Shown: positions 8,750-18,343 of the stretch, one piece after another
Layout: every line of letters starts with the position of its first letter
Numbering within the stretch: position 1 is the first letter of the stretch
Virus genome (UHGV): UHGV-0299153
DNA length: 64,000 nucleotides
Source of the DNA: a virus
Reading direction: 5' to 3' (one strand)
Translations under genes and position numbers: made by a program
Notes under the pieces: model-generated
Seen by the model: the letters and a program-made list of their open reading frames with translations, nothing else
Told to the model about the DNA's origin: nothing
The model's database searches: none

Positions 8750-9030
8750 ATGCAAACGAATGGCATGGCGCGACGGAGTCGCGACATAATATAAAAGCAG
8801 TAACCATCACCCCCGTGATAGTTTGTCTGCAAACTATTAATCAGATCATAGTTGCCTTGTATTTAGTTAATCGTGACATAACAAGCAAGGCAACTATAGA
8901 TCTTCTAATAGTTGCCCTGCTTTTATATTATGTCATAGAAACACCCGAAGGGGTGACCAAAGGTCACCTGGCATAGCCAGTGAAAGATTGTAAACAAGTT
9001 AATTATTATCATGCAAACGAATGGCATGGC
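8750..9030. repeat. 20-bp direct repeat ATGCAAACGAATGGCATGGC (8750-8769 and 9011-9030)
   Basis: Exact match read from sequence. Confidence 0.7.
8783..8934. repeat. 18-bp perfect inverted repeat GACATAATATAAAAGCAG / CTGCTTTTATATTATGTC enclosing GGCAACTAT/ATAGTTGCC sub-repeats
   Basis: Arms at 8783-8800 and 8917-8934; GGCAACTAT at 8743 and 8889, ATAGTTGCC at 8848 and 8908. Confidence 0.7.
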
Positions 9031-9042
9031 TTATCATCTCTG

Positions 9043-9097
9043 TGTAAATAGTTTGTTTGTAAACAGTTTATACGTGAACAGTTAGCTGTGTAAACTA
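9043..9097. repeat. Cluster of TGTAAA(C/T)AGTT-like iterons
   Basis: TGTAAATAGTT, TGTAAACAGTT, GTGAACAGTT, TGTAAACTAT within 55 bp; related copies near 8540, 8825 and 9359. Confidence 0.55.
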
Positions 9098-10585
9098 TCA
9101 GGCATGTCAATTATGCCCGGTGTGTTTAAGGTGCCCAGTATGTCAGACAAGTTTTTCTCCTCTTTGTCAAGTGCTGCATGAAAAATTTACAAACTGGTAT
9201 GGTAGCATTTTTGCGGCCCTGTTTACATTCAGTAATGTATGTATAATCCTTGTTGTGTGGGCGTTTAGACGTCTAGACGGTTGGAAGTCCACAGGTCAAT
9301 ATCTAATCTATCGGCTGCTAACTATATCCCACACAAATAGTAAGAAATATAATTGTTATGTGTGTAAACAGTAACTCATGTTATCAATCCCTGTATGGAT
9401 CGCCAGTGGTGCGCATAATGGGTATTATGTTAAATTGCCCGTAATGATAACTATTCTCACAATGATAGGTATTCTCATTCCCCCACACAAAATAGATTGC
9501 AAATGTTGTGCCACTATGTGAACGGCCTCACCTATTAATTTGCCTCACTGCCTCGATATTTGAGAATTATTATAAGAATGAGAAGTATTCCCATTCCGTC
9601 CGCCTGGCAGCACTCCAGTCGCTACCGCTCATGACAGGGCAGAACTGGGTCCATTCAGATATTTCTGGCTGACTCTTCAGGCCTGTGTGGGAAAAGCCAA
9701 CCTCTCCGGCGGCGGCGGGGAGGGGTTTGTCAGGAAAATTGCAGGTCAATTAAAAAATTTACGGGGTATATGAAGCGCTCTTCAGATAAGGCATGTATTA
9801 TGGGATGAAACCCTCTTCAGGCAATGATATTTGTGGGTGTGATATTTGCTGGAAAGCCAGATATGACGGGACTCCCGGCGGGGCAGGGGTAGTACAGACA
9901 GGGAAAATATGGAGGATGTGGTTGGGTAAATTGATCAGGCAGGTAGAGTATGGAATATGTTACAGGTATGTTAAATAGGGAGGCTGAATATCTGTAGGAT
10001 TTGTGTGTAAAATCAAAGACTTAAGGGGTGTTGTGGTATTTTCTATAAATAATTCAAGTTTAATAGGCAATATTTGTCTCTATCCGCTTTGTGTGGTAAA
10101 CAGATTCAGATTAGATTGGTTTACAAGTGTATACATAATATACAAATTAAAGATACAAGAAACCCCCCTCCCCCTTCGGCTACCATTCACCTTTTCCTCT
10201 GACTGGTACTTAAACACTTATTCAGACTTTTCAGGTTATCACCCATATACCATATGGCAGTGACTGGTGTCCTCCGGCCCCTCTTTCGTCACCCGTCCGC
10301 TTCGCCATGCTAATGCCATAGCCAATGGTTCGGTTGTTCACCCTGTTCACTCAGGTGTATCTCCATACCCCTTCAAACCGAAGAGAACAGAAAACCCGAA
10401 TTACTCGGTAAAAGAAAAGAGAAGAACTTAATTTTATCAGGATAGGCAAGAATGTCAAGGCATGACTGCTCACTAAACAAGCAAACAGTCATGTGTGGGA
10501 GGTAAGTGATTGTGGTGGTAGGAAATTTAGTTGAAAGATGTGTTATAGGTGCTCCCAGCACTTTAGCCGGGTAGCTAATTGTGTG

Positions 10586-10801
10586 TCAGTCCAGTGGTTC
10601 ATCACCTACTTCACTGAAATCAATGTTCATGGTCTCCTCCCAACCATCAATCTCAGCACCAGAGTAGAGATCTTTAGGACTTACTCCCAAAGCCTCAGCA
10701 ACAGAGTCTATATTTAACACCTCTGGCAGGTATGATTCATCGAGTTCAAGGTAAATCAGGCCACGAGTGTTGTCAGCTCCACCAAATATTTCTATCTTCA
10801 T
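10586..10801 (-). CDS. hypothetical small acidic protein (72 aa)
   Basis: Internal ATG of ORF 10586-10867 with GAGGAG SD; last gene of leftward block. Confidence 0.5.
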   Translation of the reverse strand: MKIEIFGGADNTRGLIYLELDESYLPEVLNIDSVAEALGVSPKDLYSGAEIDGWEETMNIDFSEVGDEPLD

Positions 10802-10921
10802 GAAATCTCCTCTGGAAATGAGAATGTGAACAGGGTTTATATGTTCCAATGCACTGGAATTATGCACGTTTGCCTCTTCAGGCCATGCTTTAGCATGAGG
10901 AACCTGTGTGGGCTCGGTGCT

Positions 10922-11335
10922 TCATAGTCTACCACCTCTGAACTCTTCGTGCTCAGGCATAATAGAGAACCAGATATCTACGATGTCTTCCCACGTTAGG
11001 TCATCAGCCTCAGGATCTACCTGGAGCGAAGATGGAGAATCTTCAGAATCGAAGTTTTCCTCTTGCACTGGCTCAGTCAAGGGACATACAGTCACTCCTT
11101 TGGATGTCTCTTCAGATGCATGTGTGTTTATCATGTTCCACCCGTGAGTATTCCGGCAACAGCCACTATGGACGTAATGATCATCAGGATCACCACCAAA
11201 ACCTCTGACAATGTTTTCATTGTGTATCCCATATTCTCCAAACGATGTGTGGATACTATCACTGGAGCGGCAATGTGTCAACAGAAACGCCGCGAGGGTT
11301 TGGTTAAAATCCGAGCGTATGGTGATTTGGGTCAA
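10922..11335 (-). CDS. hypothetical protein (start uncertain)
   Basis: ORF track only; acidic C-terminus like neighbours; competing plus-strand ORFs. Confidence 0.3.
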   Translation of the reverse strand: MTQITIRSDFNQTLAAFLLTHCRSSDSIHTSFGEYGIHNENIVRGFGGDPDDHYVHSGCCRNTHGWNMINTHASEETSKGVTVCPLTEPVQEENFDSEDSPSSLQVDPEADDLTWEDIVDIWFSIMPEHEEFRGGRL

Positions 11336-11494
11336 AACGGACGTGCGTTCTCGCTACGCTCGAAATATGGAGTTGTTTGTAGGGAGCTCTTAAACGCTCT
11401 GTAATGAGATTAACTACCCAAGGTATGCAATCGTGCACCAGATAAAGAAAAGGACGCCACAGAGCGTCCTAGGTGTCTTAAATTTGATATTTTG

Positions 11495-11806
11495 CTATAC
11501 CCACGAGGGCTTATCAAGGTTGGAGTAGCTGAAAGGTGTCAAAAGGTGACTGTCAAAATCTCTCAAACTATCCAAATCTTTTTCCTCGTCCTGACACCAT
11601 CTGTGCCTACATTTGTTGTTGTAGTGCATGGAATGCATAGCGTTCTGCAACTTAACAGGCACAAGTGATTCAGGAGTAGATAGTATTGTTGGGTATGCCA
11701 GAACCACCTCAAACAGTGGAAACACATCGAAACTAAAGTCTACCTCTGCAGAGGTTGATGGCATATAGGAGTATTTAGCCGCCTTTGTAGACATAATCCA
11801 CCTCAC
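11495..11806 (-). CDS. hypothetical protein (103 aa)
   Basis: ORF track; start overlaps upstream gene end. Confidence 0.4.
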   Translation of the reverse strand: MRWIMSTKAAKYSYMPSTSAEVDFSFDVFPLFEVVLAYPTILSTPESLVPVKLQNAMHSMHYNNKCRHRWCQDEEKDLDSLRDFDSHLLTPFSYSNLDKPSWV

Positions 11807-12174
11807 ACAGGTTTGATAATACCTTCACCGAATAGCTCTTCGTATCTAATCTTGTCCGGATCCCACTCCTGTATAATTTCGAAGACAATATCCAACCCAG
11901 GAACAATCACTTCTCCAGTGTCAAGCTTAGCAAGAACAAAACCGGAAGGTTGAATGGTTTCCCAGTTACGGCGATCAGAATAAAATACTTCGAAAATATC
12001 GCCAACCTCAATCCGTTTCTGTTGCTCAAGATGCTCAAGGTTCTCTTTCATACGGATGCAGCGTATTTTTCGTGCAGGCCATAGACCACCTGCATCACGT
12101 TCATTCAATTCTTTTACAGTGATCGGTATACCCATCTCAAATCTCCTCCATAGATAGTAAAAAGAGGGGCCCAA
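11803..12174 (-). CDS. hypothetical protein (123 aa)
   Basis: ORF track; GGAGGAG SD upstream. Confidence 0.5.
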   Translation of the reverse strand: MGPSFYYLWRRFEMGIPITVKELNERDAGGLWPARKIRCIRMKENLEHLEQQKRIEVGDIFEVFYSDRRNWETIQPSGFVLAKLDTGEVIVPGLDIVFEIIQEWDPDKIRYEELFGEGIIKPV

Positions 12175-12190
12175 GCCCCCCTCTTTGTCA

Positions 12191-12496
12191 TTATTCTACA
12201 GAGCGTTTGAACAGAATGTCTGCCTCGGACATGTGCTCAACCTCTTCTTCGATTTTAGCTCGACGTTTTTCAGCCTCATAGCGAATATCAAACTCGGTAG
12301 CAACCAGAGATTTGATGAATTTAGGAGAATACAGGTGATCCTGCTTCTCAACGAGAATGATATCCTTAATGGCATCTTTCAGATCTTTAATCTGAAGTTG
12401 GAGTTCCACCAGTTCTTCGATTGTTTTGCGAAGGCGATCACGCTCTGCAGTGTCAGAAGGAAGAGAGGTGAACAGTTCAACTTTAGATTTAGCCAT
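12191..12496 (-). CDS. hypothetical coiled-coil protein (101 aa)
   Basis: ORF track; charged heptad-like sequence; hairpin plus T-run just downstream. Confidence 0.5.
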   Translation of the reverse strand: MAKSKVELFTSLPSDTAERDRLRKTIEELVELQLQIKDLKDAIKDIILVEKQDHLYSPKFIKSLVATEFDIRYEAEKRRAKIEEEVEHMSEADILFKRSVE

Positions 12497-12524
12497 AGTA
12501 AGAGTCTCCTTATGTTGTTTTAAA

Positions 12525-12776
12525 TTAACGTTCTACAAAAATACCGTTCAGTTCAATAACCAGGAATTTCTGGTCTTCACTATCGTCACGAGCCAGCACC
12601 TCACAGACGTAACGGTCATCTCCGTCATCATCACAGTCAAATACAAGACTGAGGACTTTATCATGATAAACCTTCGCCACTACCGCCTCGTAAGTATTGC
12701 CGATTGTGAATCCAAGATAATCTCCAATGCATTTGACAACAACATGATCACCAGCATTCAAGTCAATCTTCGTCAT
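12525..12776 (-). CDS. hypothetical acidic protein (84 aa)
   Basis: Internal ATG of ORF 12525-12842 with AAGGAG SD. Confidence 0.5.
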   Translation of the reverse strand: MTKIDLNAGDHVVVKCIGDYLGFTIGNTYEAVVAKVYHDKVLSLVFDCDDDGDDRYVCEVLARDDSEDQKFLVIELNGIFVER

Positions 12777-12931
12777 TACTGCGCTCCTTGGGTAATAATA
12801 CTGTATGTAAAACTTTAACCAGAGATGTGAATAACGCCCCAAAACACACCGATAGCGCTAAAACAGACAAGGCCATCATTAAAGCTTCAGTAAAATCAGT
12901 CACCCCTCACCTCTTGTTAGTCACTATACTG

Positions 12932-13195
12932 TCATTTATCCTTGCCGTCAAGAACTTTTTTAAATCTTTCAGGGATATCGCCTGTTCTTAGATAGCTCAT
13001 GACCTCACAAGGTTCCCACTTAAATTTCTTACAAAGCAGGGCGGCTGAGATTGTTTCATTGCGAAAAGAAAGGATATTAATATCCCATTCTGAGAACCCC
13101 AACTTCCGAAGGGTAGCTACAGAAATCCTCACCGCAACCCAGCAGCAAAAACATGCAACAAACGCCACTGCTATAACCCACATCAGGATGTTCAT
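12932..13195 (-). CDS. hypothetical membrane protein (N-terminal TM helix)
   Basis: ORF track; hydrophobic MNILMWVIAVAFVACFCCWVAV. Confidence 0.45.
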   Translation of the reverse strand: MNILMWVIAVAFVACFCCWVAVRISVATLRKLGFSEWDINILSFRNETISAALLCKKFKWEPCEVMSYLRTGDIPERFKKVLDGKDK

Positions 13196-13284
13196 ACAAG
13201 CACCTCACTGAAATACAAGACACAGTGTTAAGGTTACTGACCAGCAAATAATTAACAGTGCCGTTGCAACCTTGGCAAGATTTA

Positions 13285-13572
13285 TCATAGTGCCTCTAAG
13301 ATTTCATATCCTTCGGGTCGGAATACAAGCCACTCCGTGGCTCCGTTTGGTCGATACGCTTTATACAGAACAACCTGATCTCGGCACATGCACATAGCTA
13401 CATAGTTTTCATCCACACCTGCAGCCTGCATTGCAGCTTCTTCTCCGGCAACTGCTTTGCTTACAACCTCCTTGGTAGGCAGGTGTGCGATCAGCTCGTC
13501 ACCATCATTAATTCCAAAATGACTGAGTTCTCCATTGGTATCTTTAATCTTAATCTTAACCAGATCTTTCAT
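13285..13572 (-). CDS. hypothetical small acidic protein
   Basis: ORF in tightly packed leftward array. Confidence 0.5.
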   Translation of the reverse strand: MKDLVKIKIKDTNGELSHFGINDGDELIAHLPTKEVVSKAVAGEEAAMQAAGVDENYVAMCMCRDQVVLYKAYRPNGATEWLVFRPEGYEILEAL

Positions 13573-13901
13573 TAGTCTTCCTCCAGGTTCAAAGGCCCTA
13601 AGATTTCATATGCCAGATTAGAAGTTACCAGAGGGTCTTCTGCATCTTTAGTATTGTACCACCCGTGAATAACCAGAGTCCCACTTTGTTTCATGTCCAA
13701 CTGGAACTCTTCTGCCGTTTCCTCATCCAGCTCCAAGATTTCCATGAGGTATTTGATGTTAGGAAGGTATGCAGCTGTTACAGTTCCCTCCACCAAACCT
13801 TCGGGCCAACCTACATCCGGATGACAAGTAGGAACCAAGTTGGTCAACTTAATGGTGTACGCTTTTTCTGCACGAGCCTTCAGTAACGGGTCAATCTTCA
13901 T
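13572..13901 (-). CDS. hypothetical small acidic protein
   Basis: ORF in tightly packed leftward array; 1-nt junctions with neighbours. Confidence 0.5.
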   Translation of the reverse strand: MKIDPLLKARAEKAYTIKLTNLVPTCHPDVGWPEGLVEGTVTAAYLPNIKYLMEILELDEETAEEFQLDMKQSGTLVIHGWYNTKDAEDPLVTSNLAYEILGPLNLEED

Positions 13902-14251
13902 TATTCGTCCTCCTCTTCGGTGCCTGCTTCCAGTAATAAGTTAAGAATATCTTCTGCACAAGGCTCATAGAACTCTTGGCCTTCATTATCGATGATTTTG
14001 TAGTCATCTCCACGAATAATCAGTGGATCACTCTCAAAATTATCGAGACCTTTAACAACGACAACACGATCGATTGCCATCATTGTAAGAACTTTATCGA
14101 CATCTTCCTCTGCTACACCATACTGCAGCAGAATGTCTTTGGTAGGAGGAACAGCATCCACCACAACGCCGTTACCAAAACCTTCTGGAAGTTTAGCTAA
14201 AATATCTTCCGGAACCACATTCACATCAAAACCGGTAATTTCTACTTTCAT
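13901..14251 (-). CDS. hypothetical small acidic protein (paralog of 14252-14512)
   Basis: Shared EED...MM.ID..V.V block with neighbour. Confidence 0.5.
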   Translation of the reverse strand: MKVEITGFDVNVVPEDILAKLPEGFGNGVVVDAVPPTKDILLQYGVAEEDVDKVLTMMAIDRVVVVKGLDNFESDPLIIRGDDYKIIDNEGQEFYEPCAEDILNLLLEAGTEEEDE

Positions 14252-14512
14252 TTACAGCACCTCTTCGTCAACTACTTCATAAAAATGGCCTGGGATTGCA
14301 ATAGCGTTCTCACCTTCACCTACAAACACAGTTCCGTCAAGAATCAACATCATAAGAATGTCTGGAATATCCTCTTCCGGAACGTTGCCAAAACTTTTAA
14401 TCAGTTTGTAGGTTGGAAGATTTACCTCTAAGATGTCACCATCTTTAGAACGGAAATCTACACCGTCCTGAATCTCTGCCGTTTCAAGGTTTTTCAATTT
14501 AATCTTCATCAA
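14252..14512 (-). CDS. hypothetical small acidic protein (paralog of 13901-14251)
   Basis: ORF track; similarity to adjacent gene. Confidence 0.5.
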   Translation of the reverse strand: MMKIKLKNLETAEIQDGVDFRSKDGDILEVNLPTYKLIKSFGNVPEEDIPDILMMLILDGTVFVGEGENAIAIPGHFYEVVDEEVL

Positions 14513-14588
14513 TCAGTCTCCTGTCTTGTTAAGATGAAGGTATTATTTCACACAGGGTTGGTGTTGTCAACACCTGTGTGCAAGAAAA

Positions 14589-14984
14589 TTACTGAAACAG
14601 TGCGGATAAATTACCTTCTGGTGGGAACTTATCTGCCAAAAACGGTGTTAGCACAGTAGCCTTCTGAAGATCTGGGGTCCACTCGTTGTTCAGAACATCC
14701 CAGTAGTACGCAATGTTGCTGTGTGGGTGCCGCATTACGAACTTTTTCCCTTCGTAGTCATCTGAAACCTCTACAGAAGAAATAACAACAGAATCTTCAA
14801 GGGTTTCTTCATAGAAAGATCCGCCTTCAAATTTCCAACGAGATGCAAGAGCCCCTGCCTTGAACGCTGCAGATAACGGACTGTCGGCAAGAACATACAT
14901 TTCTTGCACTCTGTCGCTGCGATCTTTGCTTCTTACGTTGTACACAGTATCTGAGCTATACTCAACACGGTATAGGCTTACCAT
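14589..14984 (-). CDS. hypothetical protein (paralog of 16790-17188)
   Basis: Shared C-terminal HP.S...YW......WTP motif. Confidence 0.55.
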   Translation of the reverse strand: MVSLYRVEYSSDTVYNVRSKDRSDRVQEMYVLADSPLSAAFKAGALASRWKFEGGSFYEETLEDSVVISSVEVSDDYEGKKFVMRHPHSNIAYYWDVLNNEWTPDLQKATVLTPFLADKFPPEGNLSALFQ

Positions 14985-15343
14985 TACCGCACCTCCTCAA
15001 TAACTTCCACATCTGAACCCACCACAAATGCAAAAGGACAGGTTTCATGAAAGACATCCGGATCTCCGCCAAGCTTGCTAACAATTTCTCCACCACTAAT
15101 AAACACAAGCTCACCGATATTCATCAGATTGCTGAAATAGTATCCATAATGATTAAAGAATGCAGCAGGGTCAGGTAGACTAGTGGCCTCAAGTTCTACA
15201 TCGGTTGAGATTACTTTCTTATCATAACCTCTCGCCTTCTGAGATGCAAGATCCGCAGAATCTTCAGGCGACCGGAGATGCACAGGAATTGTTTCACCAA
15301 TAAAGCGTACTTTCATATTATCACCCAACAACCATAGCTTCAA
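14984..15343 (-). CDS. hypothetical small acidic protein (GSD/AGA family)
   Basis: ORF track; similarity to 15321-15584 and 17201-17455. Confidence 0.5.
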   Translation of the reverse strand: MKLWLLGDNMKVRFIGETIPVHLRSPEDSADLASQKARGYDKKVISTDVELEATSLPDPAAFFNHYGYYFSNLMNIGELVFISGGEIVSKLGGDPDVFHETCPFAFVVGSDVEVIEEVR

Positions 15344-15584
15344 AAGGGGTCATGAACGAATAAACGGCATCATCATCTGCTTCAGGGAATGCTCCCAAAG
15401 ACTTCATGTCTGAGCCCTTGACAAATACAAGGTTTTGATCAAAAGCTTCTTGGGGATCAATCCGATACATATTTCGTAGAATATCGCTTACCTCCTCATC
15501 AAGAGGTGAGTATGCTGTGCACGTTTTTCCGATCAAGCTTTGAGAATCAGGGTATCCACCTGAAGTTTTAAAATAAACAATCAT
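15321..15584 (-). CDS. hypothetical small acidic protein (GSD/AGA family)
   Basis: ORF track; VFVKGSD..SLGAFPE resembles VFILGSDLIAAGAPE. Confidence 0.45.
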   Translation of the reverse strand: MIVYFKTSGGYPDSQSLIGKTCTAYSPLDEEVSDILRNMYRIDPQEAFDQNLVFVKGSDMKSLGAFPEADDDAVYSFMTPFEAMVVG

Positions 15585-15674
15585 ATAGTATCACCTCTGG
15601 TAAGAGATGGGATTCCTTTCCCACAAATAATTACAAACCTTCCTTATCGAGGAAGTATGCTAATACAAGCAGGA

Positions 15675-15944
15675 TTATTCCTCTACAATCTCATACACAT
15701 CAGGAGTTACAATCAACTCTTCTCCGTTACCCGGTGCAATAAACACCACCAAACCTTCAGGTGTGTGCTTTTTAGCCATCTCGATAACATCTTCCCGCAG
15801 AGCTGGCTCCATCAGATCAAAACCTTCACCCAGGGCATCACGAACCACCTTCATATAGTCCACTGGTTGTGCTTCAACAATCATGCCTTCAACCAGACCA
15901 CAATTTTTGTCTGCCAGCTCAGTTTTGAATAATTTAATTTTCAT
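15675..15944 (-). CDS. hypothetical small acidic protein
   Basis: ORF track. Confidence 0.5.
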   Translation of the reverse strand: MKIKLFKTELADKNCGLVEGMIVEAQPVDYMKVVRDALGEGFDLMEPALREDVIEMAKKHTPEGLVVFIAPGNGEELIVTPDVYEIVEE

Positions 15945-16081
15945 TTAGAGGTCTCCTCAATTATTTGATATTAATAGCCGTAACCTAACACATTAACTAC
16001 AACTGCGATTGCAAACATAATTTCAAAGCATGCAATCTCTACATTTGGGACTAATTTCTTAATCACATCCATTGTAGCACC

Positions 16082-16399
16082 TCATTCTCCAAAGTCAATC
16101 TTTACTTTGCCTTTCCCCTTACCTTTCTTTCCACCGCATTTAGCCAGCTGACGTGCTGCAACATCTACCATACGGTCAGTTGCCTCGTAAGCATCACTGC
16201 CTTTAGCCTTGGCAATAACTTCTTTTCCAGAATTGTCAAAAATGAACGCCATAACTTCCTGGTGATCATTTTCAACTTTTACACTCACACGTGCATAGTT
16301 GGCAGATGGGTGCAAACGCTCCAGCTTAGACATTTTGTGGGAAATGAAAGACACCATACCTTCAGTGATTTCTACGTTGCCAGTGATTTCAATTTGCAT
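16082..16399 (-). CDS. ribosome hibernation promoting factor / RaiA-like protein (S30AE family)
   Basis: MQIEITGN-VEITE...KLE...VKVE...GKEVIAKAKGSDAYEATD..VDVAARQL aligns by eye with E. coli HPF MQLNITGNNVEITE...KLE...LKVEK...GGEIHASAEGQDMYAAIDGLIDKLARQL; AAGGAA SD; own promoter. Confidence 0.8.
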   Translation of the reverse strand: MQIEITGNVEITEGMVSFISHKMSKLERLHPSANYARVSVKVENDHQEVMAFIFDNSGKEVIAKAKGSDAYEATDRMVDVAARQLAKCGGKKGKGKGKVKIDFGE

Positions 16400-16446
16400 A
16401 ACGTGTTCCTTTTAAAGAAGAGGGAACCAAACCCTCTTTTAAAACA

Positions 16447-16475
16447 ATGATACTAAATCTGAAGCGTTGTGTCAA
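16447..16475 (-). promoter_or_regulatory. sigma70-like promoter for the HPF-like gene
   Basis: On minus strand TTGACA-17 bp-TATCAT, then leader hairpin (16419-16437) and SD. Confidence 0.5.
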
Positions 16476-16481
16476 CAGTTT

Positions 16482-16772
16482 TTACAGCTTGTCGTCGATA
16501 GTTTTTAAAATATCCACAGCAAGATCTGCCATTTTTCGAACATACTCTGCAAACTCAACAGGATCCTTGATCAAAGAATTCACAGGGTCGTACCCTAGAG
16601 CGTTCAAAATGGCTGCAGCATCTACAACCTTCTCATCATTTGCGAAGATCTCTCCATCAAACTTGTAGGTCCATTTTGAGTCAATCTTGGCAGGGAAGGA
16701 TTGGTCAACGCTTGTTACACCATCCTTTTTAAACTCTCCGGTGTTATCCGTGTCCAGAACTAAATCCATCAT
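16482..16772 (-). CDS. hypothetical protein (96 aa)
   Basis: ORF track. Confidence 0.5.
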   Translation of the reverse strand: MMDLVLDTDNTGEFKKDGVTSVDQSFPAKIDSKWTYKFDGEIFANDEKVVDAAAILNALGYDPVNSLIKDPVEFAEYVRKMADLAVDILKTIDDKL

Positions 16773-16789
16773 GTTAGTACCTCACTGTT

Positions 16790-17188
16790 TCAGTTTAGCT
16801 TTTCTTCAACAATCCCATAACTTGGGGCAGAGTCAAGAGCTTTCTGGTTTAAAAGTGGCGTAGCAGAATCTGCAAACGGTGTCCAAGTTTTTGTTCTGGC
16901 GTTCCAGTAATGCTTCACTCTGGAATCTGGATGCACTATAACAAAAACTTTTTCACTTGTCAACACATTAATTTCTTCCACACCCCTGCTGATAATTTCT
17001 CCGTCATATCCCCCGGTCTGGTATCCTTCGTACCAGGTTCTTGCATAGGCATAGCCAGCCTGCCAGCATGCAGCCTCCTCCGAGGTGGAGACTACGTAGA
17101 AGTCTTTCTCAAATTCTGGGATACGCCCTTGCTTTACGCTCCAAGCTCCGCGAATTTTCATTGTAACTTTGAATAGTTTATTTTTCAC
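16790..17188 (-). CDS. hypothetical protein (paralog of 14589-14984)
   Basis: Shared HPDS...HYW....TWTP motif. Confidence 0.55.
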   Translation of the reverse strand: MKNKLFKVTMKIRGAWSVKQGRIPEFEKDFYVVSTSEEAACWQAGYAYARTWYEGYQTGGYDGEIISRGVEEINVLTSEKVFVIVHPDSRVKHYWNARTKTWTPFADSATPLLNQKALDSAPSYGIVEEKLN

Positions 17189-17200
17189 AACGGTTACCCA

Positions 17201-17455
17201 TCACAGTTCTACAATATCTGCATCTGACCCTGCCCCAAAGGCATAATAGGACTCTTCCCCGAAATAATATTCCGGTGCACCAGCAGCGATCAGGTCTGAT
17301 CCCAAAATGAATACCACGTTGTGTCCTACATAGCTGTGATTTTGCCGCACAGGATCATCCCACGGCAACCCTTCGAAGTATACCGCAGGGACGACCTTTC
17401 CTTTCAGGAAGGATTGCCCCAAGTAGACGTTAGAATCAAGAATTTTAACCTTCAT
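17201..17455 (-). CDS. hypothetical small protein, DLIAAGA family
   Basis: Motif GSDLIAAGA shared with 17445-17672 and 21098-21331. Confidence 0.55.
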   Translation of the reverse strand: MKVKILDSNVYLGQSFLKGKVVPAVYFEGLPWDDPVRQNHSYVGHNVVFILGSDLIAAGAPEYYFGEESYYAFGAGSDADIVEL

Positions 17456-17672
17456 GATCGTCCTCCACTATCTCTACATCCTCACCTAGGGCAAAGTTGT
17501 AGGTCCACTGACTGTCAAAGCATTCCTGAGATGCACCAGCGGCAATAAGATCTGCCCCTTTTATTTTTAAAAGGTCAGGGTAATCTTCGTTAGGGACAGC
17601 AGTAAACACTTTCCCTACTAAAGGCTCCTGACCAATATAGAAGCTTGAATCTAAAACTTTAACTTTCATCAA
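17445..17672 (-). CDS. hypothetical small protein, DLIAAGA family
   Basis: Motif KGADLIAAGA; N-terminus MMKVKVLDSS parallels MKVKILDSN of neighbour. Confidence 0.55.
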   Translation of the reverse strand: MMKVKVLDSSFYIGQEPLVGKVFTAVPNEDYPDLLKIKGADLIAAGASQECFDSQWTYNFALGEDVEIVEDDHEG

Positions 17673-17956
17673 CGGTCTCCATCAGGTGGTTGTGGGACGT
17701 AAACACTGTTACGAATATCGTCCGCAGTATAGTAATAAGTGTCTCCAACCCTATCTCTGGCTGCAATGTACTCTGCTATACCAATAAGTGCCATTGATTT
17801 GGTGGCGTATCTTCCCAACTCGTTAGCTCCCCAGTAGAATTTAGACCAATAGGGAATAAGACCGAACAAATATACCTTTTGACGAACTTCCCAGTAAGTG
17901 CCTTTCCCGACAAGTTTAAACTCAACTTCACCACTGTTAATCTTTTTCATTATCAA
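17669..17956 (-). CDS. hypothetical protein (95 aa)
   Basis: ORF track. Confidence 0.5.
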   Translation of the reverse strand: MIMKKINSGEVEFKLVGKGTYWEVRQKVYLFGLIPYWSKFYWGANELGRYATKSMALIGIAEYIAARDRVGDTYYYTADDIRNSVYVPQPPDGDR

Positions 17957-18249
17957 TCTACCTCCACCGTGGTTGGATTGTCAGTAAGAAATTGAGCATT
18001 AGCTGGAGGCACGCCTGACATTTTCCACACAACCATAAGTTTGTAACCAGGCACTCTATTAAGTGCAGATCGAGTAGAGTTTGTGCACGTATATTTTCGC
18101 TTTCCAAACCCGTTTTCAAGCATGATCCAGTATCCCGTGTCTTTATCACCTGGAATTGGTAATCCCTCATCGTCCACCCACTGAATGGACCACGGCACGA
18201 TGGCTACAGCTTTATATTTAAACTTTTTAAACCACTCAAAAAGTTTCAT
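17953..18249 (-). CDS. hypothetical protein (98 aa)
   Basis: ORF track; preferred over nested same-strand ORF 17958-18170. Confidence 0.5.
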   Translation of the reverse strand: MKLFEWFKKFKYKAVAIVPWSIQWVDDEGLPIPGDKDTGYWIMLENGFGKRKYTCTNSTRSALNRVPGYKLMVVWKMSGVPPANAQFLTDNPTTVEVD

Positions 18250-18343
18250 AATTCAGCCTCGCATAGACATAATCACTATAAACAGGCAAACAATGAATCC
18301 GAATGCCACGCCACCCATAAACGTTAATATTGATGCAATCATG

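Noticed and set aside
9120-10263. Plus-strand ORFs 9120-9374, 9793-9978 and 10003-10263 in the repeat-rich junction
   Set aside because: No SD or promoter context, Cys/Trp-rich low-complexity translations, embedded in iterons; treated as non-coding.
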